DNA from: an uncultured virus (IMG/VR IMGVR_UViG_2912927692_000003)
Lineage: Duplodnaviria; Heunggongvirae; Uroviricota; Caudoviricetes
Virus record (IMG/VR): IMGVR_UViG_2912927692_000003
Strand: one strand, 5' to 3'
Length of the DNA: 64,000 nt
Within the stretch, counting starts at the first letter, position 1. Each line of letters opens with the position of its first letter. A program made the translations under genes and the position numbers. Of the stretch, positions 26,820 to 37,057 are shown one piece after another. Below the pieces are notes generated by a model that was given only the letters and a program-made list of their open reading frames with translations, made no database searches and was not told the origin of the DNA.

Positions 26820-28099
26820 CCACCTTCGTCGCTGCGCCTCTCAACCTGAACATCACGCTCCCCTTCAAACTGGCGCCACTGTACGAGGCGCGCCGGTACA
26901 AGGTCATGCGTGGTGGGCGCGGCGGCGGTAAGTCCCATGGCGTGGCCCAGGTGCTGCTCGACATGGGCGCGCGCAACCCCCTACGCATCCTCTGCGCGCG
27001 GGAAATCCAGAAGTCTATGCGCGACTCGGTTCACCGGCTCCTGCGCGACTACATCGTCAAGCTCGGCCTGACCGAGTTCTACGAGGTGCTGGACACCGAG
27101 ATTCGTGGACGCAACGGCACGCTGTTCCTGTTCTCCGGCCTGCAAGGGCACACCGTCGATTCCATCAAGTCCTTTGAGGGCGTGGACATCGTATGGGTGG
27201 AAGAAGCCCAGGGCGTGTGCAAGAAGTCCTGGGACGTGCTGATCCCGACCATCCGCAAGGACGGATCGGAGATATGGCTGACGCTCAACCCAGCGATGGA
27301 CACCGACGATACCTACGTGCGGTTCTGCGCCGCGCCGGATGACGACGTGTGGCTCTGCGAGATCAACTGGCGCGACAACCCGTGGTTCCCTGATGTCCTC
27401 AACCAGGAGCGCCTGCGCGCCAAGCGCTCCATGTCGCAGGAGGACTACGAGCACATCTGGGAAGGCAAGCCGCGCACCGTGGCCGAGGGTGCCATCTACC
27501 GCCATGAAATCCTGGACCTGATGGAAAGCGGGCGCGTTCGCCCGGTTCCATACGACCCTCTGCTACCCGTCCACACGGTATGGGACTTGGGCTGGAACGA
27601 CGCCATGACCATCGGCTTTGTCCAGCGCGGGCCGATGGACGTGCGAATCATCGACTATATCGAGGACAGCCATCGCACGCTGGATTGGTACGTGGCGCAG
27701 ATCGAGAAACGCCCGTATCGCTGGGGCATCGACTACCTGCCGCACGACGGTCGTACCCGCAACTACCAGACCGGCAAGAGCACCGAGGAACAGCTACAGG
27801 CGATGGGCCGCAAGGTCCACGTCCTGGCCGCCACCAGCGTGGAGGAAGGCATCAAGGCCGTCCGCATGCTGTTCCCGCGCTGCTACTTCGACAAGGACAA
27901 GACCGGGCGTCTGGTGGAGTGCCTGAAGCGCTACCGCCGCGCCCTGCACCAGCATACCGGAGAGGCCATGGCTCCCCTGCACGACGAATACAGCCACGGC
28001 TCCGACATGTTCCGCTACGTCGGCCAGGCCGTGGAAATCATGCCCAACGAAATGGAACGCACCTACGAGGAAGCGGAAGCGCCTGACTGGCGACTGTGA
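26816..28099 (+). CDS. terL: Terminase large subunit (PBSX-family-like)
   Basis: GGRGGGKS, CAREIQKS, WVEEAQ, WDLGWND, SHGSDMFRY. Confidence 0.96.
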   Translation: MTTFVAAPLNLNITLPFKLAPLYEARRYKVMRGGRGGGKSHGVAQVLLDMGARNPLRILCAREIQKSMRDSVHRLLRDYIVKLGLTEFYEVLDTEIRGRNGTLFLFSGLQGHTVDSIKSFEGVDIVWVEEAQGVCKKSWDVLIPTIRKDGSEIWLTLNPAMDTDDTYVRFCAAPDDDVWLCEINWRDNPWFPDVLNQERLRAKRSMSQEDYEHIWEGKPRTVAEGAIYRHEILDLMESGRVRPVPYDPLLPVHTVWDLGWNDAMTIGFVQRGPMDVRIIDYIEDSHRTLDWYVAQIEKRPYRWGIDYLPHDGRTRNYQTGKSTEEQLQAMGRKVHVLAATSVEEGIKAVRMLFPRCYFDKDKTGRLVECLKRYRRALHQHTGEAMAPLHDEYSHGSDMFRYVGQAVEIMPNEMERTYEEAEAPDWRL

Positions 28100-28108
28100 G
28101 GACACGAC

Positions 28109-30427
28109 ATGCAGATCACTGAGAATGACCGCCAGTACATGAATGGCCTGCCACCGGCCGGCGACACGCCGCTGACCGTGGACGAGTACGCCGACATCAA
28201 CTACGAAATCGAGGACCAGCCCGCGTGGCGCGCCGTCGCCGACAAGGAAATGGATTACGCGGACGGGAACCAGCTCGACACCGACCTGCTGCGTCGCCAG
28301 CAGGCGCTGGGCATCCCGCCAGCGGTGGAAGACCTGATTGGCCCGGCCCTGCTGTCCCTGCAAGGCTACGAGGCCGTCACTCGCACCGACTGGCGCGTGA
28401 CGCCGAACGGCGACGTGGGTGGCCAGGACGTGGCCGACGCCCTGAACTACCGGCTGAACACGGCAGAGCGCCAGTCTGGTGCCGACCGCGCATGCTCCGA
28501 AGCGTTCCGGCCGCAGATCGCGTGTGGTATCGGCTGGGTAGAGGTCAGCCGCGAGTCGGACCCGTTCAAGTTCCCGTACCGTTGTCGGCCAATCCGCCGC
28601 GACGAAATCCACTGGGACATGAAGTGCGGCGACGACTGGGAGGCCTGCCGCTTCCTGCGCCGGCAGCGCTGGCTGTCACCTGATCGCATTGCCCTGGTGT
28701 TCCCGGAGCATGCCGAGCTGATCGGCATGGTAGGTAAGTACGGCAGCACCTGGTGGGGCCAGCCCGATCTCGGAATGATGGAAGGTGGCACATCCACCGG
28801 TCTGCACAACGCATGGAACGAGGCGCGGGCCTGGACCGTGCAGGAGGACCGCTGGTACAACCCAAGCAGCAAGGAAATCTGCCTGGTGGAACTCTGGTAT
28901 CGCCGCTGGGTGCAGGTCCACGTCCTGAAATCGCCCGATGGCCGAGTCGTCGAGTACGACCCGAACAACCTGGCGCACAACATCGCGCTGGCGTCCGGCC
29001 GCATTTCACCGAAGAAGGTGACGGTATCCCGCGTGCGCCGCTCCTATTGGCTCGGGCCGCACTGCCTGCACGATGGGCCAAGCCCATACACACATCGCCA
29101 CTTCCCCTACGTGCCGTTCTTCGGTTTCCGAGAGGATGCCACCGGAATTCCATACGGGTACGTGCGCGGCATGAAATACGCCCAGGACAGCCTGAATAGC
29201 GGTATGTCCAAGCTCCGCTGGGGCATGAGCGTCACTCGAGTGGAGCGTACCAAGGGCGCGGTGGACATGACCGACGCCCAACTACGCCGGCAGATCGCAC
29301 GTCCGGATGCCGACATCGTGCTGAACGCTGAGCACTTCGCAAGCAACAGGGGCGCTCGCTTCGAGGTAAAGCGCGACTACACCCTGACCGACCAGCATTT
29401 CCAGATGCTCCAGGACAACCGCGCCACCATCGAGCGCGTAAGCAACATCACGGCCGGTTTCCAAGGGCGCAAAGGCACGGCCACTAGCGGCATCCAGGAA
29501 CAGCAGCAGATCGAGCAGAGCAACCAGTCAATTGGCCGGATCATGGACAACTTCCGCGCCGGCCGGACCCTGGTGGGCGAACTGCTGCTGGCAATGATCG
29601 TCGAGGACATCGGCCAGGAGCGCACTGAGGTTGTTATCGAAGGCGATGCCGTGACCGCCGATCGTGTCGTGGTGCTCAACGAGCCGCAGCGCGATCCGCA
29701 GACCGGCGCCGCCTACCTGTCCAATGATCTGCTGCGCACTCGGATCAAGGTCGCCCTCGAGGACGTTCCCAGCACCAACAGCTACCGCGGCCAGCAGCTC
29801 AACGCGATGTCCGAGGCCGTCAAGAGCATGCCGCCGCAGTACCAGGCCGCTGTCCTGCCGTTCCTGGTCAGCCTCATGGACGTGCCGTTCAAGCGCGACG
29901 TGGTGGAGGCCATCCGGGCCGTTGATCAACAGCAGACCCCGGAGCAGATCCAGCAGCAGATCGACCAGGCCGTGCAGGACGCCCTGGCCAAGGCCGGAAA
30001 CGACATCAAGCTGCGCGAACTGGAGATCAAGGAGCGCAAGGCGGATAGTGAAATCAGTGGGCTGAACGCCAAGGCAGTGCAGATCGGGGTGCAGGCCGCA
30101 TTCAGTGCCATGCAGGCCGGCGCCCAGATTGCGCAGATGCCGATGATCGCGCCAATCGCCGACGCCGTGATGCAGAGCGCGGGATACCAGCGCCCGAACC
30201 CTGCTGGTGACGACCCGAATTACCCCGTAGCCGACCAGACGGCGGCAATGAACATCAAGTCGCCCTACATCCAAGGGCAGGGGCCGGCAGCAGCAGAAGC
30301 TGAGGCCGAGGAGGCTCCGGTACGCAGGAACACCAGCCCGACATATCCGCCGGTGCCGGCCGAAGCCCCGACCGGCCAGCGCGGAATAGAGACGCCGAGT
30401 ACGGCTGACAACCTGCCGCAGCCCTGA
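28109..30427 (+). CDS. Portal protein (P22-like)
   Basis: 772 aa directly after terL; YADGNQ, GIGWVEV, PYGYVRGMK.AQD..N. Confidence 0.88.
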   Translation: MQITENDRQYMNGLPPAGDTPLTVDEYADINYEIEDQPAWRAVADKEMDYADGNQLDTDLLRRQQALGIPPAVEDLIGPALLSLQGYEAVTRTDWRVTPNGDVGGQDVADALNYRLNTAERQSGADRACSEAFRPQIACGIGWVEVSRESDPFKFPYRCRPIRRDEIHWDMKCGDDWEACRFLRRQRWLSPDRIALVFPEHAELIGMVGKYGSTWWGQPDLGMMEGGTSTGLHNAWNEARAWTVQEDRWYNPSSKEICLVELWYRRWVQVHVLKSPDGRVVEYDPNNLAHNIALASGRISPKKVTVSRVRRSYWLGPHCLHDGPSPYTHRHFPYVPFFGFREDATGIPYGYVRGMKYAQDSLNSGMSKLRWGMSVTRVERTKGAVDMTDAQLRRQIARPDADIVLNAEHFASNRGARFEVKRDYTLTDQHFQMLQDNRATIERVSNITAGFQGRKGTATSGIQEQQQIEQSNQSIGRIMDNFRAGRTLVGELLLAMIVEDIGQERTEVVIEGDAVTADRVVVLNEPQRDPQTGAAYLSNDLLRTRIKVALEDVPSTNSYRGQQLNAMSEAVKSMPPQYQAAVLPFLVSLMDVPFKRDVVEAIRAVDQQQTPEQIQQQIDQAVQDALAKAGNDIKLRELEIKERKADSEISGLNAKAVQIGVQAAFSAMQAGAQIAQMPMIAPIADAVMQSAGYQRPNPAGDDPNYPVADQTAAMNIKSPYIQGQGPAAAEAEAEEAPVRRNTSPTYPPVPAEAPTGQRGIETPSTADNLPQP

Positions 30428-30454
30428 CACACCTCCGCTACAACTCGCCAACCT

Positions 30455-30514
30455 GAAACCCTACCGGGCCACCCCCTGTAGGGTTTCGTTCTTCCTGCAC
30501 CTGTCTCCGACACT
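30455..30514 (+). promoter_or_regulatory. Late-operon motif copy 2, overlapping a 10-bp hairpin
   Basis: CCCCCTGTAGGGTTTCG at 30472, GACACT at 30509; GAAACCCTAC/GTAGGGTTTC stem. Confidence 0.7.
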
Positions 30515-30612
30515 GCCGCCCAAGCCAAGGCGTCTCCGAACGCCGGCGAGACGCGGAGTAATCCGCATTGCTGATGACCCTTGCGGCCACGGCGATATGT
30601 GGCGGGATAGGC

Positions 30613-31704
30613 ATGAAAAAAGACGAGCTTTTCCAAGAGATAGACGGCGGACGGCCGACACCTGAACAGGCTGCCAGGATGATTGAACTGGCAATGGGCG
30701 ATACCAGCAATTTCATGCTGGACAGCGACGAGCCCAACGTCGCAGCCGACGCGGGTGCCGGCGATGCTGGCGAGGCCAGCGCCGATGCCGCCGATCAGGT
30801 AGACAACACCGAACAGAACACCGACGCGCAGCAGGGCGCGGGTGACGCCGGCGCTTCGGCTGGTGGCGACCAACAGGGCAAGACGCCCGACGCCAAAGAG
30901 CTAAACGCCGAGAACGCCGTGATCCTGGCCAAGGACGGCAAGCACACCATCGGCTACGAGAAGCTGGTGGAAGCGAGACAGGGAGAACAGCACTGGAAGG
31001 CCCAAGCCCAGGCCGCGCAGGCAGAGCTACAACGCCTGCAGGATGAGGCAGCAGCGCGCGCCACGGCAGGCGAGGCCCCGACGTCGCAGGACAACCAACT
31101 GGCGGCGGCTCAGGCTGCCATGGATCAGGGGGTTGACCCGGCGATCTTCGGAGACTTCAGCGAGGAAGCGCTGGCCGCAGGCATACAGAAGCTGATCGAC
31201 GCGAAAGTGGAAGCGCGCGTGAGCGCACTCGTGGACCAGAAGCTGGCACCGATCCAGAAGAAGGAAGCCGAGAGCGCCGCGAGCGCCCACCTGAATGCGA
31301 TCTACGAGGCCCACCCGGACGCCGACTCCATTGCGGAGAGCAAGGAGTTCGGGGACTGGGTGGCATCCCGTCCGTCCTATGAGCGCGCGAGCATCGCCAA
31401 GGTGCTGGAAGACGGCACCGCGGCCGATGTCATCGAACTGTTCGGTTCGTTCAAGTCCGCCACCGGAAACGCTCAGCAGTCGCAGCAGCAGCCGAACGCG
31501 CAAGACGCGAAGGCTGCGGCCCAGGCTGCCATCAACAAAGCCAAGACCGAACCGCCGGCCAGTCTCTCGGATATCCCGGGCGGCAAGCCTCCGGCTGGCA
31601 ACCGATTCGAGGCCATCGCCGCAATGGATCCGGCATCCATGTCGGACGCCCTGCGCGGCATGAGCCCCGATCAGGTCGAGGCATTCCTGAACCGGAACAT
31701 GTAA
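30613..31704 (+). CDS. Capsid scaffolding protein
   Basis: Acidic, Ala/Gln-rich, helical; between portal and capsid. Confidence 0.75.
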   Translation: MKKDELFQEIDGGRPTPEQAARMIELAMGDTSNFMLDSDEPNVAADAGAGDAGEASADAADQVDNTEQNTDAQQGAGDAGASAGGDQQGKTPDAKELNAENAVILAKDGKHTIGYEKLVEARQGEQHWKAQAQAAQAELQRLQDEAAARATAGEAPTSQDNQLAAAQAAMDQGVDPAIFGDFSEEALAAGIQKLIDAKVEARVSALVDQKLAPIQKKEAESAASAHLNAIYEAHPDADSIAESKEFGDWVASRPSYERASIAKVLEDGTAADVIELFGSFKSATGNAQQSQQQPNAQDAKAAAQAAINKAKTEPPASLSDIPGGKPPAGNRFEAIAAMDPASMSDALRGMSPDQVEAFLNRNM

Positions 31705-31716
31705 GGGAGCTACCCC

Positions 31717-33009
31717 ATGACCGCAAGCAAAACCACCATGCGTTACGGTGATCCGAACGCGATGATCCAACAGGCCGCCGGCTTGTTCGCGCTCTGCCAG
31801 GGCCGCAACTCGACCCTGAACCGTCTGACCGGCAAGATGCCGAGCGGCACCAGCGACGCCGAGAAGAAGACCAAGGGCCAGTCGAGCCTGGAGCTTCCCA
31901 TCGTCCAGGCCCAGGACCTGGGCCGCAACAAGGGCGACGAGGTGCGTTTCCACTTCGTGCAGCCGGCGAACGCCTTCCCGATCATGGGTAGCGAGTACGC
32001 CGAGGGCAAGGGCACTGGCCTGAAGATCGGCAGCGACCAACTGCGCGTCAACCAAGCCCGCTTCCCGGTGGACCTGGGCGATGTGATGTCGCAGATTCGC
32101 AACCCCTACGACCTGCGCCGCCTCGGCCGTCCGAAGGCGAAGTGGTTCATGGACGCCTACCTGGACCAGTCCATGCTGGTTCACCTGGCCGGCGCCCGTG
32201 GTAACCACTACAACAAGGAGTGGTGCCTCCCGCTGGAGACGCACCCGAAGCTGGCTGACATGCTGGTCAACCGCGTCAAGGCGCCGACCAAGAACCGTCA
32301 CTTCGTGGCCAGCGCCGATGCCATCACTGGCGTTGCGCCGAATGCGGGGGAGTACAACATCACCACCGCCGACGTGCTGGACGTGGATGTGGTCGACTCC
32401 ATCGCCACCTACATGGACCAGATCGAGCTGCCGCCGCCGCCCGTGAAGTTCGAGGGCGACGAGGCCGCCGAGGATTCGCCGATCCGCGTCCTGCTGTGCT
32501 CGCCGGCCCAGTACAACAGCTTCGCCAAGCAGGAGAAGTTCCGTAGTTGGCAGGCTGCCGCACTGGCACGCGCGTCGAACGCCAAGCAGCACCCGATCTT
32601 CCGCGTCGATGCGGGCCTGTGGTCCAACACCCTCATCATCAAGATGCCGAAGCCGATCCGCTTCTACGCGGGCGACACCATCAAGTATTGCGCCGCCTAC
32701 AACTCGGAAGCCGAGTCGAGCGCCGTGGTGCCGGATAGCTTCGGCAATCAGTACGCGGTGGACCGCGCCCTGCTGCTGGGCGGCCAGGCTCTGGCGCAAG
32801 CCTGGGCGGCTTCCGAGCACTCCGGCATGCCGTTCTTCTGGTCCGAGAAGGACATGGACCACGGCGACAAGCTGGAACTGCTGATCGGCGCGATCCTCGG
32901 CTGCTCCAAGATTCGTTTCGCCGTCGAGGCGACCAACGGCCTGGAGTACACCGACCACGGCGTGATGGCGATCGACACCGCGGTCAAGATCATCGGCCCC
33001 CGCAAGTAA
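31717..33009 (+). CDS. Major capsid protein (N4-gp56/DUF4043-like)
   Basis: DLGRNKGDEVRF..VDRALLLGGQALA; strongly biased codons; follows scaffold. Confidence 0.88.
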   Translation: MTASKTTMRYGDPNAMIQQAAGLFALCQGRNSTLNRLTGKMPSGTSDAEKKTKGQSSLELPIVQAQDLGRNKGDEVRFHFVQPANAFPIMGSEYAEGKGTGLKIGSDQLRVNQARFPVDLGDVMSQIRNPYDLRRLGRPKAKWFMDAYLDQSMLVHLAGARGNHYNKEWCLPLETHPKLADMLVNRVKAPTKNRHFVASADAITGVAPNAGEYNITTADVLDVDVVDSIATYMDQIELPPPPVKFEGDEAAEDSPIRVLLCSPAQYNSFAKQEKFRSWQAAALARASNAKQHPIFRVDAGLWSNTLIIKMPKPIRFYAGDTIKYCAAYNSEAESSAVVPDSFGNQYAVDRALLLGGQALAQAWAASEHSGMPFFWSEKDMDHGDKLELLIGAILGCSKIRFAVEATNGLEYTDHGVMAIDTAVKIIGPRK

Positions 33010-33015
33010 GCGACA

Positions 33016-33042
33016 AGGGTCGGTGATCCCGGCCCTTTCCTT
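33016..33042 (+). terminator. Hairpin after capsid gene
   Basis: AAGGGTCGG-TGATC-CCGGCCCTT then pyrimidines. Confidence 0.55.
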
Positions 33043-33067
33043 CGTCCAGATTGAAAGGAGGCCCGTT

Positions 33068-33547
33068 ATGGCCCAGTACAAGACCATCCCGCTCGGCGGC
33101 CAGTTCGGCGGTGTCACGCCGTATGGCAACCTGACCACCCTGCGTTACCAGCTCGCGACCAACGCGGCCGGCGTTCTGCTCAACAGCAATGCCGCCGCCG
33201 CGCTGGCGGTTGGAGATGTCGTGGCGTTCGAGTTCCCGTTGCCCGCCGGCTTCGTCGCCGAAGACCTGCAACTGGTGATTTCCGACCACTTCGGTGCCGG
33301 CGTGACCGCTGACGTGGGCTTTGCCTACGCCGACGGCGTGGACGACGCGACCTATCCGCAGGACGCCGCGTATTTCGGCGCTGGCCTGCTGCTGTCGGCC
33401 GCTGCGCGCCTGCGCACCAGTTCCAGCAAGGCGCTGTTCGCGCTGCCCAAGGACGCCAACCTGGTTATCACCATCAAAGGCGCTGCCGTCGCGGAGGCGG
33501 GCAAGCTCCAGGTGATCGTCCACGGCGAGCGCCTCGGCGCAGTCTAA
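33068..33547 (+). CDS. Virion structural protein (decoration-like)
   Basis: AGGAGG RBS; beta-rich; follows MCP. Confidence 0.7.
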   Translation: MAQYKTIPLGGQFGGVTPYGNLTTLRYQLATNAAGVLLNSNAAAALAVGDVVAFEFPLPAGFVAEDLQLVISDHFGAGVTADVGFAYADGVDDATYPQDAAYFGAGLLLSAAARLRTSSSKALFALPKDANLVITIKGAAVAEAGKLQVIVHGERLGAV

Positions 33548-33611
33548 GCGCCGCCGCCCCCCGAAGGGCCGGCCCGTGCTGGCCCTTCTGTCACGCAGGA
33601 GTAGGACATTC

Positions 33612-34484
33612 ATGAAACCCATCCTCATCGCCACCATCGCCCACGCGATCAATTCCGCCTACTGCCTCGCCATCGGCGACAAGGTGGCACCACCGTTCGC
33701 CGAGTGCCCGGAAGACATGCAGCGCGGCATCCTGGCCGGCGTGCAACTCCACCTGGACAACCCAGACACCACCCCCGAGCAGTCCCATGAGTCCTGGCTG
33801 GCGGACAAGCTGGCCAACGGCTGGGTCCATGGCGAGGTCAAGGACTTCGAGGCGAAGACGCACCCGTGCTGCGTTCCCTACGCCGAGTTGCCCGAGTCGC
33901 AGAAGGTCAAGGACTATCTGTTCCGCGCCGTGGTTCATGCACTCAAGGACATCCCGGACGCCGGGAGCCAGGACGCCGACGCGCGCGTGGCTGAGTTGCA
34001 AGACCAACTCAACGAGGTGCTGGGCAAGAATGCGGCCCTGGTGGCGCAGATGGCGAGCGACGGCGTGCCCATGCTGGATAACGGCGTGCCCATCAAGTAC
34101 ATCGGACCGCGGGAAAGCTTCACCGACCGCCTGTATGGCTCCGGGCTGATGTTCACCCAAGGGCAGGTGCGTAGCGTGCCCGGCGATCTGGCGCGTCGAT
34201 TCCTCAACCATCGCGACCTGTTCGAGCGCTCCACCGGCCCCGCGCCGGCCGGCGACGACACCAAGCAGGTGATCGCGCAGGCTCAGCAGGCCCAGCAGGA
34301 GCGCGCTCGCAAGGAGGAAGACCTATCGGCCCTGCACCGGGAGGTGGACAACTTCGCCGACTTCACCAGCCTGGCGGCATTCGCCAAGGACCGCTACGGC
34401 CTGAACCTGGTCAAGCAGCACGGCTTGGCGCGTTCCCGTGATGCCGTCCACGCGCGCATCGACCAGTTCGGTGGCGCGGTATGA
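33612..34484 (+). CDS. RyR-repeat-domain protein
   Basis: HESWLADKLANGWVHGEVKD..KTHPCCVPYAELPESQKVKD. Confidence 0.8.
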   Translation: MKPILIATIAHAINSAYCLAIGDKVAPPFAECPEDMQRGILAGVQLHLDNPDTTPEQSHESWLADKLANGWVHGEVKDFEAKTHPCCVPYAELPESQKVKDYLFRAVVHALKDIPDAGSQDADARVAELQDQLNEVLGKNAALVAQMASDGVPMLDNGVPIKYIGPRESFTDRLYGSGLMFTQGQVRSVPGDLARRFLNHRDLFERSTGPAPAGDDTKQVIAQAQQAQQERARKEEDLSALHREVDNFADFTSLAAFAKDRYGLNLVKQHGLARSRDAVHARIDQFGGAV

Positions 34485-35158
34485 CGCTGGCCGACCTGAT
34501 CCGCCGAGTTCGCACGGACGCGAACGACATGGTGGAGCCGTATTTCTGGTCGGACCAGGACGTGGCCGACTGGCTCAACGACGCAGTGCGCGAAGCCGCC
34601 GTGCGCGGCAGGCTGATCCACGAGAGCCAGGCCGACGCCGTGTGCCGCACCGAGGTGGTCGCCGGAACTGCCGTCTACCAGTTGCATGCGTCGCTATACG
34701 AACTGTCGCACCTGGGTTTCTACCCGGCCGATATGTCGCGCCCGACCATGCCGGTGCTGAAGTCGGCCGAGGTGCTGGACGTGGAGCTGCCGGAATGGCG
34801 CGCATGCACCGGCAAGCCGCTGTACGCCATCCAGGGCGACACTTCGCTGCGCCTGGTGCCAACCCCCGACCGGGCTGGCATTCTGCGCGTGGAGGGCTAC
34901 CGCACGCCCCTGGCTGACATGGCGCTGGCCGACAAGGACACCGCGCAGCCGGAGATTCACGCCGAGCACCACCGGCATCTGGTCCAGTGGGCGCTGCATC
35001 GCGGCTTCAGCATCCCCGACATGGAGTCGTTCGATCCGAACCGCGCCGCGCTGGCCGAAGCCGCTTTCACGGCCTACTTCGGCGAGCGCCCCGACTCCGA
35101 CCTGCGGCGCATCACCCGTGAGGATGTTCCTCACCATGTAGAGGCATTCTGGCCATGA
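34481..35158 (+). CDS. Head-tail adaptor protein
   Basis: MTLADLIRRVR..D..WSD....WLNDA; LRLVPTPD. Confidence 0.75.
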   Translation: MTLADLIRRVRTDANDMVEPYFWSDQDVADWLNDAVREAAVRGRLIHESQADAVCRTEVVAGTAVYQLHASLYELSHLGFYPADMSRPTMPVLKSAEVLDVELPEWRACTGKPLYAIQGDTSLRLVPTPDRAGILRVEGYRTPLADMALADKDTAQPEIHAEHHRHLVQWALHRGFSIPDMESFDPNRAALAEAAFTAYFGERPDSDLRRITREDVPHHVEAFWP

Positions 35159-35361
35159 GCAAGAAGATGAGCGTGGACCTGAAGGTCGGAGAGGTACTGC
35201 TGATCGATGGTACTGCCATCCGCCTGGAAAAGAAGTCCGGGCAGGTGGCGCGCCTGCAGATTTCGGCCGACGAAGGCACCGTTATTCAAAACCCCGCAGC
35301 AGCGCGCAGGAGTGCGCTCCAAGACCTGGAGCACACCCCTGATGGCAAATACCCTCTATGA
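35155..35361 (+). CDS. Small divergent CsrA-like protein
   Basis: LKVGEVLLIDGTAIRLEKKSGQVARLQISA follows the CsrA beta-strand pattern. Confidence 0.5.
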   Translation: MSKKMSVDLKVGEVLLIDGTAIRLEKKSGQVARLQISADEGTVIQNPAAARRSALQDLEHTPDGKYPL

Positions 35362-35749
35362 CTATGCCCGCCAGCGCTTCCTGGAGGGCCAGTTCAACTG
35401 GATGGCCGACACGATCAAGGTGATCCTGGTCGATACCGGCGCCTACACGCCGCAGACTGCGATCCACCAGTACCTGTCGGATATCCCGTCGTCGTCCCGG
35501 ATCGCTGGCCCGGTCACTCTTACCGCGAAGACCACCACTGGCGGCGCCGCCGACGGTGCGGATGTGACGTTCACCAGTGTGTCCGGCGCGAGCATCGAGG
35601 CAATCATCATCTACAAGGACACCGGTACCGAGTCCACCAGCCCGCTGATTGCATTCATCGACACGGCTACCGGCCTGCCGATCACCCCCAACGGCGGCGA
35701 CATCATCGTCACCTGGGATAACGGCACCAACAAAATCTTCAAGGTCTGA
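35342..35749 (+). CDS. Virion/tail structural protein
   Basis: DTIKVILVD..AADGADVTF..PNGGDIIVTW. Confidence 0.7.
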   Translation: MANTLYDYARQRFLEGQFNWMADTIKVILVDTGAYTPQTAIHQYLSDIPSSSRIAGPVTLTAKTTTGGAADGADVTFTSVSGASIEAIIIYKDTGTESTSPLIAFIDTATGLPITPNGGDIIVTWDNGTNKIFKV

Positions 35750-35772
35750 GCGCCTGCGCGCAGGAGTGCGAA

Positions 35773-36198
35773 ATGCAAGGGCATCAACACCCGCACGAGA
35801 AGAATGCCGACTGTCACTGCGTGGCATGCCGGCCGCTTGAACGCCCCTGTGATTGTGAGGGCTGCATGAGGCTGATGAGTGGCTCGGGCAAGCCGCCAGC
35901 GCAGGATATCGGTGTCAAGGGTATCGAGCCCAGGCCCATTGAACTGACGCCGAGCCAGGAAATGTACGTCAACTGGAAGGCTGTAGGCGCCTTGCCTCCG
36001 TTCCAGATGTTCGTTCACGAGCAGGCTCCATGTCCGCCCGACCGCTGCCAGCAGCAGTGGGCTATCGACTACGGTGTGCGCTACGGCGCCCAGGTCGGAG
36101 ACAGGGTGCTGCTGGAGCGCTATGCCCAGTGGCACCAGGCGAAAGGCTACTGGCCAGACGAAACGATCCTCGGTCAACCGGTTGAAGGAGCGAATTAA
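35773..36198 (+). CDS. Hypothetical protein (start uncertain)
   Basis: ORF within late operon, TAATG-coupled to next gene. Confidence 0.55.
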   Translation: MQGHQHPHEKNADCHCVACRPLERPCDCEGCMRLMSGSGKPPAQDIGVKGIEPRPIELTPSQEMYVNWKAVGALPPFQMFVHEQAPCPPDRCQQQWAIDYGVRYGAQVGDRVLLERYAQWHQAKGYWPDETILGQPVEGAN

Positions 36199-37055
36199 TG
36201 GCCGACACCATCGACCTGGACGGCGAAAAATTCGTCTCTCCATCATTCGTCACCAGTGCGACATCGCTCGACGACATCTATACCGCCTGGGTGGCCGACT
36301 TCCAAGGCTCAACGACTGCCTATAACCCTAGCTGGCCGAGCACCGATGATAGTGCGACGCTGCTACCAATCCCGCCGTTGTGGACCGGCGGGGCCGATAG
36401 GTTGGTTGTTTCAACCGAGTGCGGTGTGGAGATTGTCCCCTACCAGTTCACCTCGGCCAGTACGCACTACTCACAGGCGATCGCAGGAGTTAGCCGGTAC
36501 TACTCGATCAACTGCGGGCTGCGCCTGGCGATTATCTTCCACCCGACTGGTGTCGACTCAGGTATTACCAGCTTTTCGGGCAACTACAACGCCGACCTGG
36601 CGCTATTTCGCGGCACGCATAACCGATCCAGTGAAAACGTCCAATTCGTGGCGCGTGTCGTTCCGGGCAGGCAAGTTGATGTGGCCATCAAGAACACCGC
36701 CCAAACTGCTGGACTCCCCATCAAGCTGGTGGTCCTCAACGGCACCACTGTGGTGTCTTCCACCGACCTGACTACGATCGTTCAGGGTGGTGTCACACTG
36801 GTGACATGCTCCATCTACGGTGGAACCGTCTCGGGCACCGTCGTGGACCAGGCTGGCCAGCCTGCTACCCGCATCGTCCATGTTCACGAGCGCGAAACAG
36901 GGTCGGTGATCGGTAGAGGACGCAGCGACTCATCAGGTCTGTTCGAAATTCCGGTCATCGCGAAGGTGGGTACCACCATGTACGTAGTCGGCCTGGACGA
37001 TGAGAACTCGCCGCTGATCAACGCTGTGATCGCCGATCGCATCGTGCTGGAGTAG
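36198..37055 (+). CDS. Putative tail/receptor-binding protein
   Basis: Ser/Thr/Val-rich; C-terminal VSGTV..G.P..R.V....R.TG beta domain. Confidence 0.55.
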   Translation: MADTIDLDGEKFVSPSFVTSATSLDDIYTAWVADFQGSTTAYNPSWPSTDDSATLLPIPPLWTGGADRLVVSTECGVEIVPYQFTSASTHYSQAIAGVSRYYSINCGLRLAIIFHPTGVDSGITSFSGNYNADLALFRGTHNRSSENVQFVARVVPGRQVDVAIKNTAQTAGLPIKLVVLNGTTVVSSTDLTTIVQGGVTLVTCSIYGGTVSGTVVDQAGQPATRIVHVHERETGSVIGRGRSDSSGLFEIPVIAKVGTTMYVVGLDDENSPLINAVIADRIVLE

Positions 37056-37057
37056 CT

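Noticed and set aside
31027..33138. Long antisense ORFs (703 aa here; also 9584-11311, 37706-39394, 15169-16545)
   Set aside because: Shadow frames of GC-biased real genes; no RBS or motifs
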